Shown here: positions 38,000 through 50,662 of the stretch, one piece after another
How the letters are laid out: the number at the start of each line of letters is the position of its first letter
How positions within the stretch are numbered: the first letter of the stretch is position 1
Origin: Mobula hypostoma
Taxonomy: Eukaryota
DNA: 64,000 nucleotides
Assembly: GCF_963921235.1 (NCBI RefSeq)
Contig: NC_086108.1
Location: 34,660,001 to 34,724,000 of the forward strand
Direction: 5' to 3'
Made by a program: the position numbers and the translations under genes
Notes under the pieces: model-generated
What the model saw: only the letters and a program-made list of their open reading frames with translations
Databases searched by the model: none
What the model was told of the DNA's origin: nothing

Positions 38000-38860
38000 A
38001 TTTAGTTAGGTAGATAGATACTTTATTGATCCCAAAGGAAATTACACTGTCACAGTAGCATTACAAGTGCACAGATATACAAATATTAGAAGAGAAGTAA
38101 GAAAGAATAAAACATAAGTTATCTCAAACAGTCTAACAGGAGGGGGCTATCACTTCCCCGGCTATAGAACCTAATGGTCAAGGGTAAGAATGACCTTAAA
38201 TAGCGCTCTTTATGCAGTGCAGTTGTCTTAGTCTATTACTAAAAGTGCTCCTCTGTTCAGCCAAGGTAGCATGCAGAAGGTGAGAAACATTGTCCAGAAT
38301 TGCTAGGATTTTTGTAGGGTCCTTTGTTCCACCACAGCCTCCTGTGTGTTCAGTTTGACTCCTGTAGCAGAGCCAGCCTTTCTAATCAGTTTATTGAGCC
38401 AGTTGGCATTACCCGTGTTAGTGCCATTGCCCCAGCACTCCACTGCATAGAAGATTGTACTTGAACATGTGAAGGAGAGGCCTGCATAATCCAGAGGACC
38501 TCAGTCTCCTCAGAAAGTAGCGGCAGCTCTGGCCCTTCTTGTACACAGCCTCTGCATTGGTGCTCCATTCAAGTCTGTCATCCAAGTGCACCCCCCAAGT
38601 ACCTGTAGGTCCTCAACACATCCACATTCTCACCATCAATAGTAACAGGGAACAATACACGCCTAGTCTTCTTAAAGTCCATCACCATCTGTTTGTCTTA
38701 CTGATGTTGAGCTGCAGATGATTCAGCTTGCACCGTTTGACAAAATCCTCCACCAGGGCCCTGTATTCATCCTTCCATTCTCCCTTTATGCACCCAGCTA
38801 TTGCTGAGTCATCTGAGAATTTCTGTAGATGACATGACTGAGTGTTGTATCTAAAGTTTT
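38000..38860 (-). mobile_element. Rex1/Babar-like LINE fragment (second subfamily)
   Basis: QKFSDDSAIAGCI-like RT motif near 38800; 3' end gggatcaataaagtatctatctac on the - strand. Confidence 0.72.
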
Positions 38861-40443
38861 ACTATAATCTGCGTTTTTCTCGAAGTTCTGAGGCACCCTC
38901 CGTTAGACCTGACCTTGTTATTGTTCACTCACCAGTGCCAATCTGTTGCAGAGTAACTGTGCACCTCTCTAACTAGAGTGGAGAGTTTTGCAGTGCTAGA
39001 AAAGGTCAAGTAAGTGTGGCAAGTTCAAGGTCACATCAAGTACAGAATAAAAAAGGGACCATAAATCAGATTAAGATAAACAGTAAAAGAGGCAAGGGAA
39101 AAAACTCAAGAAGTTTCTAATCAACAGTTAAAACCTGAAGAAATTAGATCTTATCCTTGAGACAGTTAATTTCAGTAGCAGCTCGGCTGAATAGCAATAA
39201 TTAACACATCACATAATTAAAAAGGCACTTGAAATGACTTGATTTAACTTTCTTTGGGTAATTTACTTTCCAAGTACGGAAATAACAAGTTGCTTAGTGC
39301 ATTTAAATGGTTGTGAGTAGGATGAACAGGCTTCAGTTATGACTTGCAATATTCGTCCACCTCTATTTGATGGCAAATTCTGTCAGCATATTCAATTGTT
39401 CATGAACAGCCACTGCAATGTAAGTCTCTTGCCTACCAACTCTGTTATCTCCTCTTCTATCCCACCATGTTGGTGTGATATTTAAACATCTCAGTCCGAT
39501 CTATCTCCTGTCTCCAGTACCTGAGGGAATGCAAACCAGGTTAATATGACCCATCTTGATCTTATGGCTGCTGTAAGACACTTTAGTGTCCATTTACTTT
39601 CCTTTAGTGGTGGCCATATTTTTAAATTCTGTAATTCTGGTGCAAGACCTTGACCCATCTTGAGCCAAGGGCAGCAAGTGTCATTGCTACTCCACGTCTC
39701 ATGGTCTATCCTGATCTGATGAGTTGTGTTGAGTTTGCATTTTCCCACCTGTCACTGAGTGATCGGCTCAGTAGGCACAGAGAATGAAGGCCAGCGATCT
39801 TCATGGTCAAGGACGGAGGCCGACGGGCCCCAAGGATGAGGGTCGGTGAGTCCCAGGTTCAGAGGTCTGTGCAGGGCAGCTCCAGAGACCCGAGTTCTGT
39901 CTGTTCTGCTGAACATTGTGGGTGTGCTATGTTGGTGCCAGAGGTATGGCGACACTTGCGGGCTGCCCCCAGCACATCCTCAGATTGAGCTGATTTCACA
40001 TGTGACTAATAATTCTAATCTAACCTAATCTGTGTATGTATCCCTTGGGTGCACTGGTTTCCTGTCACGTATCAAACCATGCTGGTTATTTGACATGTTC
40101 CTCTAATCTGCCAGTGTAGGTAAGAACAAAAGAGAAGTTGATGGGCAGTTGTAAGGGAGAATGAGTTGTAGGGGTGCAGGGAAAATAAGGAGAGGGAGAA
40201 TGGGCCCTAATGTGTTTGCTCCCCAGGGGCTGGCATAGAACTAATGGGCCAAATGGTCTCATTTTTCACTTTTATAGGAGCAAGATTAAATAAAAATTCA
40301 GGATTTAGCACAGACATTGCTCAGGTTATTTGATACAATTCACTCTATTTCCCAGAGATCAATTAATAATTTATTTCTAGAGTGTTGTTTTTACCTTTTA
40401 TTTTTAAACCAATTTTTAACTTTTATTTTCCTTTTCTCTTCAG

Positions 40444-40502
40444 AAAAAGGAATGGACCTGGGATGAGAGCAAGATGCTGATAATGCAGGATCCTATCTAC
40501 AG
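40444..40502 (+). CDS. NOS1AP: NOS1AP/CAPON next coding exon ([20 protein letters not shown]), 59 nt, phase 0-2
   Basis: Strong acceptor ttttattttccttttctcttcag and donor AG|GTGAGT. The peptide continues the upstream exon in frame and matches NOS1AP [20 protein letters not shown]. Not in the ORF track. Confidence 0.96.
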
Positions 40503-42509
40503 GTGAGTGGAAGGCCACAGTGGGCAGAGGTGTTGTGAACATGAACGTCAGGCTAAAAAAGTCATAGAGACTCCACCTGTTCCTGGAAAGGTCAAAGTTC
40601 ATGAGTGGCAAAGCAAGCACTCATATCGAAGGCAGTACACTGTTGTGTGATCAGACAATGGCTGGCATGTCACCACACCTACAATACCTCTGTCAAGCAG
40701 TAAGCACATGCAAGCAAATATCCGAAGTGCACACTCGTAGGATTGTCTGTTCAGTGACTCTGCAGCTCAATGAGTTTAGATTTATCAGATTAGTTCCCTT
40801 TAATGTGTTATGGTTGCCATGGAAATGCACAAAATGTTTCAGTGGGGCGCGTAAAAATGACAAATATTCCTAAGCGGTTGGATGTTGAGAGGAGTACCAT
40901 TTAAAGAAAAATGTTATTGTGTATCAGAACTTGACTTTCCTGATGATATTAACATCTTCAGAAAACAAATCCTTCAAAGTCCTGAAAGCACGGACTGTAA
41001 AGTTTAGGTATGTTGGTGTGAGGTAGTTAAGCGTACCAAATAAGAAGCCTTTTGTCATCTCAGTTCCCTCTTGGTTTTTAAATTTCACCACAATTCTTCC
41101 ATTCCACAACCCCACCATCAAGTCTTCTGAATCTCTTTTTTTGAAAGACCTATTTGTTACTAGTTTATTAGCAGGCACTGGGGCCCAGAGTTTTACTGGT
41201 GGCAAAGGGAGGATTGGAGCACAGGAAACTAGCAAGGAGTGTAGGTATGCTTAATTATCTGATTTTTGGCTAATTAGTGAGCAGAAGCATGACTTTGTGA
41301 GAGGCTAAAGATCAGATTAGGCACGTGTACCTACTCCAGCTTCCATGCTCCAATGTGCAGACCCACTTCGGATGGCAGTGGTCTCCCATGAAATCAGGTT
41401 GTCTTCAGCTGTGATCAGATTATGCATCAATGCAGTGCTGAACACAACCAAAAAAACCTCTTGGAAATGAGAAGGCAGTACAGGGAAGGTATCTGCTTGC
41501 ATTGCTATGAATTGGTGTTGGGTAGTTACACATTACATCATCCGTACCATTCCTGGAGATTAAATTGTTTAGTCCCTGTCCTCTCCACAGTTTATGTGTG
41601 GTTAATTTAGTTCTTATTAGGCACAAGCTAAACGATACATGGAAAAACTGCAAGTAGTAATATCTTATCACTTCCAGCAGGAGTCCTAAAAAGCTTAAAG
41701 TGCAATGCATTATTTAAAAAAGTTGTAACATAGCTGACGTGTTTTTGATGCTTAGATGTGGAAATTTTGCCCCAGATAGGTAAAGTTTCTAAATGGATTT
41801 TAGAGTCACTGCGTGTGCTTGTGTAAACAAGGAACTCTTAGGCTCACTCTTAAGTCTAACATTCAAATTCAGTGAGCTATTTTTCCATTAGCAATGCAGG
41901 TTTAAAGGCAAAATCATTATTTGGTTTATTTGCAAAGCCATGAGCAGAGTCCAGCATGGATGAAATCTATTATAATCTGCTAACCTTGGATTGCTTCACC
42001 TCTCAATTAAATATTGAATTTTATGGTGTTGTCATTAATGAGAGCATCTGAGTATATTTCCTGCTGTTTCTAGAATTCTTTGTTTGTATCTTAAAATACC
42101 ATGGCCTTGCCTTCAAGAGGAAACTTGCATGTTTCTCTGAGAGGTGGGAAGAACATTTCCAAGCTAAAACCAATTTGCTTATTACATCACAAATCTGTTT
42201 GATCTTCAGTAACATGCCACGATCTAGCTGTGCTTTGAATTTTAAACCCTTAGCTTGTTTCAAAGCTGTACGTACTTGCACCCGTCTCTAGCTCTGTAAT
42301 CTCCTCCATTAGCCCAACAAGATGTTTACCCTCATGGACATCCCAGTTTTCTTTGCTCTGCCAGATTTGGGTATGCTTTCAACGGTCTGGGCTTGGACTC
42401 AATAATTGCATACCGTACCTCTACCAGTCTTAACCCACCGTGCCTCTGCAAGATACTCCTTAAAATCTAATTCTTTTGGCTAGGTTACCTACAATCTCCT
42501 TATGTCACA

Positions 42510-44345
42510 TCAGAATTACAGTCAGTTTAATATCTCGGGCACATGTCGCAAAATGTGTTGTTGTGTAGCAGCAGTACATTGCAAAACATAATAATAATAA
42601 ACTATAAATGACAAAAAGTATATATTAAAAATTAAATTAAATAAGTAGTGTTATATAAAAAAGAGAGGGAAAAGAATAGTGAGGTGGTGTTCATGGGTTC
42701 ACTGTCCATTCAGAAATTTGATGGCAGAGGGGAAGAAGTGGTTCCTGTTTGGGCTCCTGTACCTCCCTCTTGATGGTAGCAGTGAGAAGAGGGCATTCCC
42801 TGGATGATGGGATCCTTAATGATGGATGTCGTCTTTTTGAGGCATTGGCCTTTGAAGCTTTTCTCAGTGCTGGGGAGGATAGTGCCCATGATGGAGGTAG
42901 CAGAGTTCACAACTTCCTGCAGCTGTTTGCAATCCTGTGCAGTGGCCCGCCAAACCAGACGGTGATGTAACAGGTTAGATTGCTCTCCACGGTGCATCTG
43001 TAGAAATTTGCAAGAATCTTTAGTGACATACCCCAGGTTTCCTCAAACTCCTAATGAAATCTAGCCGCTGTTGTGCCTCCTTTGTAATCGCATCAATATG
43101 TTGGGCCCAGGACAGATCTTCAGAGATGTTGACACCCAGGAATTTGAAAACGCTTACCCTTTCCACGTCTGATCCCTCAATAAGGACTGGTGTGTGTTCT
43201 CTCACCTTCCCCTTCCTGAAGTCCATACTTGGTCGCAGTGATGTTGAGTGCTAGGTTGTTGTTGCGACACCACACAACCAGCTGATCTGTCTTGCCCCTG
43301 TACACCTCCTTGTCACCATCTGAAATTCTGCCACCAATAGTTGTGTCGTTGGCAAATTTATAGGTTCCGTTTGAGCTTTGCCCATCTACACAGCTGTGAC
43401 TGTAGAGCAGTGGTCTAAATGCACATCGTTGAGGTGTGCCAGTGTTGATTGCCAAGGAGGGGGAGATGTTATCTCTGATCCGTACAGACTGTGCTGTCCT
43501 GGTGAGGATGCCAAGGATCCACTGGCAGAGGGAGGCATAGAGACCCAGGTTTTGCAGCTTGTTGATTGGAACTGAGGGTATGATTGTGTCAAACACTGAG
43601 AATCAATAAACAGCAGCCTGATGTAGGTATTACTATTGTCCAGCTGATCCAAGGCCGAGTGGAGAGCTGGTAAGATTGCATCTGCTGTAGACCTACTGTG
43701 TCAACAGGCAAATTGCAGTGGGTCCAGTTCCTAGCTTAGGCAGGAAATCATCAACCTCTCAAAGCACTTCATCATAGTAGATGTGAGTACCACTGCAAAA
43801 AGTCATTGAGGAAGCTCATCCTGCTCTTTTTGGGCACCGGTATGAGTGTTGCTCTTTTGAAGCAGGTGGAAACCTCCAACTGCAGTAGTGAGAGAATGAA
43901 GATGCCCTTGAACACTCCCTGACGCCTTGTGAAGGTTCACCCTCTTGAAAGATATTCTGATGTCATCTTCCGAGACAGAGATCACGGGGTCACCGGATGC
44001 TGCAGGGATTTGCACAGGCGTAGTTTCATTTCCCCTTTCAAAGCGTGCATAAAAGGTGTTGAGCTCATCTGGTAGTGAAGCATCAAAACCATTCATGATG
44101 TTAGGTTTCTCTTTGTAGAAAGGAATGGCCTGCAAAGCCTGCCAGCGTTGACATGCATCTGATCCTGTCTCTAACCTCAATCACAGTTGCTTTTTTTGCT
44201 TTTAAAATAGCCTTCCATAGGTCATACCCGGATTCTTGTATAGTTCTGGATCACAGGTCTTAAATGCCACAGATCTAGCCTTCAGCAGACTACAAATCCC
44301 CTGGTTCATCGACGCCTTTTGTTTTGGGTATGTCTGGTATGTTGT
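42510..44345 (-). mobile_element. ~1.8-kb degenerate Rex1/Babar-like LINE
   Basis: ORFs 43803, 43386, 43177 (GTPQRC...YKFANDTT), 43020 (DFRKGK...ERVSVFKFLGV) and 42710. Confidence 0.9.
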
Positions 44346-44454
44346 GTAGTAATGTACAGTGAAGCATCTTCGGCTGTTACTGTGCTAAATGCATCCTGTG
44401 AATGGAAGCTGCTATTGATGGATCTGAATATGCCAGTATGGACTGGATAATCTA

Positions 44455-45161
44455 ACCCCATCAGTTTTACAGTGTGTCAGTGTGGACATGGTGGAGGATT
44501 ACAAATACCTGGGGATACGAATTGACAATAAACTGGACTGGTCAAAGAACACTGAGGCTGTCTACAAGATGGGTCAGAGCCGTCTCTATTTCCTGAGGAG
44601 ACTGAGGTCCTTTAACATCTGTCAGACGATGCTGAGGATGTTCTACGAGTCTGTGGTGGCCAGTGCTATCATGTTTGCTGTTGTGTGCTGGGGCAGCAGG
44701 CTGAGGGTGGCAGACACCAACAGAATCAACAAACTCACTTGTGATGCCAGTGATGTTGTGGGGATGGAACTGGACTCTCTCACGGTGGTGTCTGAAAAGA
44801 GGATGCTGTCCAAGTTGCATGCCATCTTGGACAATGTCTCCCATCCACCACATAATGTACTGGGTGGGCACAGGAGTACATTCAGCCAGAGACTCATTCC
44901 ACCGAGATGCAGCACAGAGCGTCATAGGAAGTCATTCCTGCCTGTGGCCATCAAACTTTACAACTCCTCCCTTGGAGGGTCGGACACCCTGAGCCAATAG
45001 GCTGGTCTTGGACTTATTTCATAATTTACTGGCATAATTTACATATTATTATTTAATTATTTATGGTTTTATATGGCTATATTTATACTCTGTTCTTGGT
45101 TGGTGCAACTGTAACGAAACCAAATTTCCCCCGGGATCAATAAAGTATGACTATGACTATG
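44455..45161 (+). mobile_element. Rex1/Babar-like LINE 3' end (younger, sense orientation)
   Basis: ORF 44482-45000 YKYLGIRIDNKLDWSKNT...RKSFLPVAIKLYN; tail aataaagtatgactatgactatg. Confidence 0.88.
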
Positions 45162-45197
45162 CTTATTTACAATGGAATATAATGAAAGTTGAAAGGC

Positions 45198-45950
45198 ATT
45201 GAATTGAATTAAATTTATTTAAATCTTACATCCATCCCACAACGTGAGGGAGTAAAAATCTTTACGATTTGACTCTGTCGCAATGTACACTTATGTGAAT
45301 TTAAAAGTCTAATAGCTTGCAGAAAGAAGCTGTCCCATAGCCTGTTGGTCTTGGCTTTAATGCTGTGGGTCCGTTTTCCAAACGGAAGCAGCTGAAACAG
45401 TTTATGGTTGGGGTGACTGGTGTCCCCAGTGATCTTCCAGGCCTTCTTTCTGCACCTGCTGCTATAAATGTCTTTAATGGAGGGAGGTTCATGGCCACAG
45501 ATGTGCTGGGCTGTCTGTACCACTGTCTGCAGTGCCCAGCGATTTAGTTTGGTGCAGTTCCCATACCAGGCAGTGAAACAGCCAGTCAGTGTGCTCTCAA
45601 TGTGCCCCTGTAGAAGGTCTTGAGGATTTGGCAGCCCATGCCAAACTTTTTCAGTCACCTGAGGTGGAAGAGACGCTGTTGTGCTTTTTTTGCCACGAAG
45701 CCGGTGTGTACAGAGCAGTTGAGATTGTCAGTGATGTGTATACTGAGAAACTTGAAACTACTCACCCTCTCAACTGCAGACCCATTGATGTTGATTGGGG
45801 ACCGAACCTGTCGCCGTACCTCCTGTAATCCACAATCAGCTCTTTTGTCTTTTTTGGACATTGAGGGAGAGATTATTATCTTGTCACCACTGTGTCAGGG
45901 TATCAACCTCTCCTCTGTAGGCTGTCTCATCACTGCTAGAAATAAGGCCA
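45198..45950 (-). mobile_element. Rex1/Babar-like LINE 3' fragment, tail-to-tail with the preceding copy
   Basis: ORFs 45655-45861 (VERVSSFKFLSI) and 45215-45658 (ESTLTGCFTAWYGNC). Confidence 0.85.
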
Positions 45951-46445
45951 AGAGGGTGTCACTGCAATACTTATAATGATTACAGTTAATGAGTAGAAAT
46001 TAATTGTATTTTAATTTGAAAACTTTTCTGTACGTTTTTCTAATAAAGCACCAAAAATGTTTTATCATTGGTCCCAGTGATAAAACATATCAGACAAATC
46101 AGATACCTGGTTTATAAAAATGCAACAGGAGATCGCTATATCCAGCTGCATTGCTTTGACTTGAGGGAGCAAACCTTCCTCACAGCCTCACACCATTTAT
46201 TATTAAAATTAGCAGTTTTATTCTCTAGAGAACACTGCAGGTTCTCACGATGTAGTAGTTGGCACATTACCCTGTACCTTCTGTTACTTGGGCAAACCAT
46301 TTCTGTCTGACTCCAGCAAGATAAATCTCATTACAGCATTCTCTTGTGTCCAGATTCTCTCCTTGTATTGGTTAGGTTTTACTATTGTCAAGTATATCAA
46401 GAGCAGAGAAATTTGCAAGCCATTCATACTGATTATTTCAAAACA

Positions 46446-46975
46446 TACAGTAAAATGAAAAAGTCTTAGGCACATGTATATAGCTGGAGAGCCTAAGACC
46501 TTTGCACGGTCCTGTATTTGTCAATGTGGAGTGAAGAGCAAGTTTGTAAATCTGGTAGAAGCAAAGGATGTTGTTTGGAGCACTGCAGGAGGGGTGTGGG
46601 ACAGGTGGCAGAGATGGAGTGCCAGGGGCGGGGTTGGCGTGGGTGCAGGCACACCCAGATCTGAAACACCAGGCAAGGTTATTTGATTCCAACAATTGGT
46701 TTATTGTTCATTACAGACCGCCTCTCTGATGCTTCTCACCCCCTTCCCCTTTTCCCAACCTCGATTCCCCCTCTCCCTGCCCCCTTCCCACTCTCAGTCC
46801 ACAACGGAGACCCATTTCAGAATCAGGTCTATCATCACTCAGCTATGCTGCGAAATTTGTTTTTTTGCCGCAGCAGTACAATGTAATTCATAAAGTTTCT
46901 ACTGTACTGTGCAAATTCTTAGGCACTTAGCTATCTATATACTGTATATGTGCCTAAGTCTTTTGCATGGTGCAA
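46446..46975. mobile_element. Two Tc1-type mini-MITEs (46446-46517, 46899-46975) bracketing ~380 bp
   Basis: Same aaagtcttaggcac / gtgcctaagacttttgca TIR family as 15452-15521. Confidence 0.6.
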
Positions 46976-48431
46976 TAAGTACTTAGGGTTATTGCAAAGA
47001 AATATATGCATGCAGCAGTTCTTTAGTCAGACTGACACTCTGAATCACACTCACAGTTCAGTGGAGGAAACTGTCCTGTTGCCTGACTCTGACCTTTCAG
47101 TTCCATGGACTTGGGCAAGGTTCACTCCCACCAAGATTCAAAATTCAGATTTATTTGCCATGTAGTGAAATGTGTCGTTTATGTCAACAGGCAACACACA
47201 CGAGGGTGTGCTGGGGGCAGCCCGCAAGGGTTGCCACACACTCTGGTGCCAACGTAGCATGGGCTCAATGCTTGGCAGAACAATACAGGAAAAATTAGAA
47301 GCAACAAACAACAACATCAAAAACAGGTCTTGTTCTTCTGTCTCATCCACACACATATACAGACCTTTAGCCCTGGAAAGGTCTCCAGTCTCCAGTGGCC
47401 ACAGACTCGGGCTTTATCCTCCCCAGTGGACTCACATAGACTCGCAGACTCAGCCCTGGTGAACAGGCCTCAACCTTCAGGCAGCCGATTTGACCCCTGA
47501 ACCTCGATGCTTTGTATCAACCCCAGGACACTCCAGTCACCGAATACTAGCCCTCAGACTTCAGAATCGCCAATGAGGGAATGCTGAATATTAGGCCTCG
47601 AAACCTGTTCTCACCGATTCAGGAACCAAGGGGTCAAAAGAACCCGTTCCCACTGCCCACACAGAACTCCAACTCGGGAACCCACCAACAATGCAGTGAC
47701 CTGGGGAGCCCTCAGACACCCTCTGCCCGTTCGACGTCTGGTCACGGATGTCCAACAATCGCGTTACTATCCTTCAAATGTGGAGACTTAGATTCCGGTC
47801 TGTCCTTTAATTCCCTCACACCCTTGTTCCTAAACCCTAACACCCCTCTCAATCCCCTAAACCACCCTGACGAAGCTAAAATAAAACAATTAAAAATTAA
47901 ATGACTAAAAGTGAAACTGAAGCTGAGCTGTGGTTTGATGGAGGCTACAGATCAGTGCTGTGTTGGAACCAGCATAGGTCACTGACCAATAGCGCATAGA
48001 GTCTTACCCGTCAGGTCAAGGTGCGGTGTCTAACCTCAAAGAGGAGGCTGATGTACAGCCATCAGAATGAATGACTGGATAATACACAAAGTTCATGTGA
48101 TAAGGTTTGCACCAGCAGCTTTTGGTTTGAGTGCCATGTTGCTCTCAGGCCGACACTGTGCTCTGTGAAGTGAGTGTATGTTGTCAGTCAGATCAGGACA
48201 TTCATATACTGATGGTGCCATTCCAGGCGTAAAATCAGCTTCTCCTCCTGGCAGAACGTGCAGGATACATGTTGCTCCTGATTTTAAGATAATGCAGAGT
48301 ACCATGAAACACCATCTAATGTGCTGAGTGCCCTGCCAGCTGCCCCATGTCAAATAGATCAATGCCACAGCTTGCGGCTGTACGAGTGAAATACCTACAG
48401 AGGCCTGGGAAACCATGAAGTCCAAACGTCT

Positions 48432-48738
48432 GGGTGGCAGAGTGGCACGACCGATTGAGTTGCTGCTTCACATGGGTTCAAGCCTGACCTCTGGTGCTGT
48501 CTGTGTGGAGGTTTCGTCCTGTGGCCGTATGGCTTCCTCCCACATCCTGAAGAAGTGGAGGCTGCTAGTTAGATGATATCTGTAAATTGCCCACAGTGCT
48601 TTGAATCAGGGGTGGGGAGGGGGTGTGTTGCTGGTAATGTGGGGAGGTGAAAATGGAATCATTGTAGGATTAGTGGGTAATGGTCAGTGTGGGCCTGGTG
48701 GTCCGAAGAGCCTCTTTCCAGGCTGTCTTTATCACTCC
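48432..48738 (+). mobile_element. V-SINE (HE1-like); further degenerate copies at 1610-1740, 30420-30680 (-), 32510-32690 (-) and 40030-40270
   Basis: B-box-like gggttcaagcc, V-core, tail ggtccgaagagcctctttcc. Confidence 0.65.
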
Positions 48739-49869
48739 ACAAGTTAGTTAGCCTACTCATAGCTAGGAAGGTGCACTGGCTTGGGGCAACAGAGTACCCA
48801 ACTATCTTCCCTTGCCTGGACACACACAATTTTCGTGTGTGTATGTGTAAAAATCGTCCTCGGTCACTAATCATTCCCCATTGATGCTCCTTTTCCATTG
48901 CAATATTGTTGGGTACTGAAGCAAGGATGTTATATTATTGCAGAACAAGGACAGCCTGTTTTATGGTGAAACAGAGAACAGAATAGGAGAATTCTGGTTA
49001 TTTTTCAGACTTGTCTGTTGCTTTGCTGTCAGATGTGTGACTGAGAAAGTTGGTTTATTACTATCTCAGCTGTTAATCTAAGGAAATATCAGTTCCATTG
49101 TGAATAGATTGTTAGCACCCCTGTATCTTCATTTAACGTGATTGCTGTTAATTTAGATGTCTGATTTACAATGCAGCTTCCAAGACAGAATGGGAGGAGG
49201 TCATCTGCTGAAAGCTGTACTTACTGGTGCTTGATTACATGAGGATGACTTTAGTTCACCAAGTGCTATTTGTCATTGGTTGTATCAGTAAAGTTGGGTG
49301 AGAGGTGGCGGTGTTTTGTCCTTCCTAGTCAGCATCACATCAATGCATCATGGTACGGGGGGAGGGGGGGTATCGCTTTCAACCGATGGTGCAGTACCAT
49401 GTTATAGTTTTAAGATCCAAACTGGAAATAGCCAATTCTGCCTGGATGTACAATACTTTCTGTGGTGTGTGTGTATTTATAGATAAGGTATATAAAGAAT
49501 CCTCCTGTATTAGTTTTTCATCCATATCACCTTTACTGTTGGTTCAGACTTTCCATTGCAACACCGTTGTCAATGTTTACTGCACCGAAGTGTGGAGGTA
49601 TGGACGATATATTATTGCAGACCAAGAGCGACCTGTTTCATGATGAAGTAAAAAACAGAGCAGGGTATATATTTGAAACTTAGGCACCATATCTATATCT
49701 TTGCTGGCATATGTGTGACTCGGAAACCTTTTGGGCACAATTTTTCAAATGCTGTACGACACACATGAATCATTCTGGAAATTAGCACTTTAAAGTTAGA
49801 CCATAATATTCCACTTGATCAAAAATGCTCTAAATCTTGTATTGCTGGGCTTGCTGCCCCTAACCCTCC

Positions 49870-50662
49870 TCACTTACCACCATTCAGGGCCTAAACAGTC
49901 CTTGCACTTGAGCCAACACTTCACCTGGTATCTCGTGTTTGTAGTCCGGCCTCCTCTATGGGAGATCCAATGCAGATGAGGGGATTGCTTTGTTGAGCAG
50001 CTTTGCTTTGTCCGCCGCAAAAGGCAGGTTCTCTCGGTAGCTACCCATTTCAGTTTGACTTTGCATTCCCATTCTGACATGTCTACAGCCACCTCTACTG
50101 CCGTGATGAGGCCACACTCAGGTTGAAGGAGCAACACCTCATATTCCGTCTGGGTAGCCTCCAACCTGATGGCATAAACATTGTTTTTTTCCAACTTACG
50201 ATAATTTTTCCTCCCTCACACTTTTTCTCTTTGTCCATTCCCTATTCTGCTTACCCTCTTACCCCTTCTTACCTGCCTGATACCTCTTTCTGGTTCCCCC
50301 CTTCATTCCCTTCCTTCCATGGTCCACTGTCCTCTCCTATCAGATTCTTTCTTCTCCAGCCCTTTATCTCTTCCACCTATCCCCTCCCAGCTTCTCATTT
50401 CCTTCTGATTCCCCCACCCAGCTCCCACCTACCTTACCCTTCGCTTAGTCCGACCTATCATCTGCTGGTTTGTTCTCCTTCCCCTTCCGTCACTTCCTTA
50501 CCCTGCCTTCTGCTTCCTTGCTTTCTAGACTTCATGAAGGATCTCAACCTGAAATATCAACTGTTTATTCCCCGCCATAGATGTCACCTGACCTGCTGAT
50601 CTCCTCCAGCATTTTGTGTGTGTTGTTCACGATTTTCAACATCTGCGGAATCTCCTGTGTTT
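49870..50662 (+). mobile_element. Penelope-like element 3' fragment (GIY-YIG endonuclease C-terminus, pyrimidine-rich spacer, terminal pLTR repeat)
   Basis: GE...R.GD.F.E.L remnant and KEQHLIFRLGSLQPDGIN; ends in the same ~130-nt repeat found solo elsewhere in the window. Confidence 0.8.

Noticed and set aside
40420..40443. Tandem acceptor equivalent to the mammalian LLLLQ extension
   Set aside because: There is no AG about 15 nt upstream of the exon; the tract is AG-free.
50123..50599. 158-aa Pro/Ser/Phe-rich ORF
   Set aside because: The first ~20 codons are the Penelope endonuclease C-terminus; the rest is a low-complexity pyrimidine tract.
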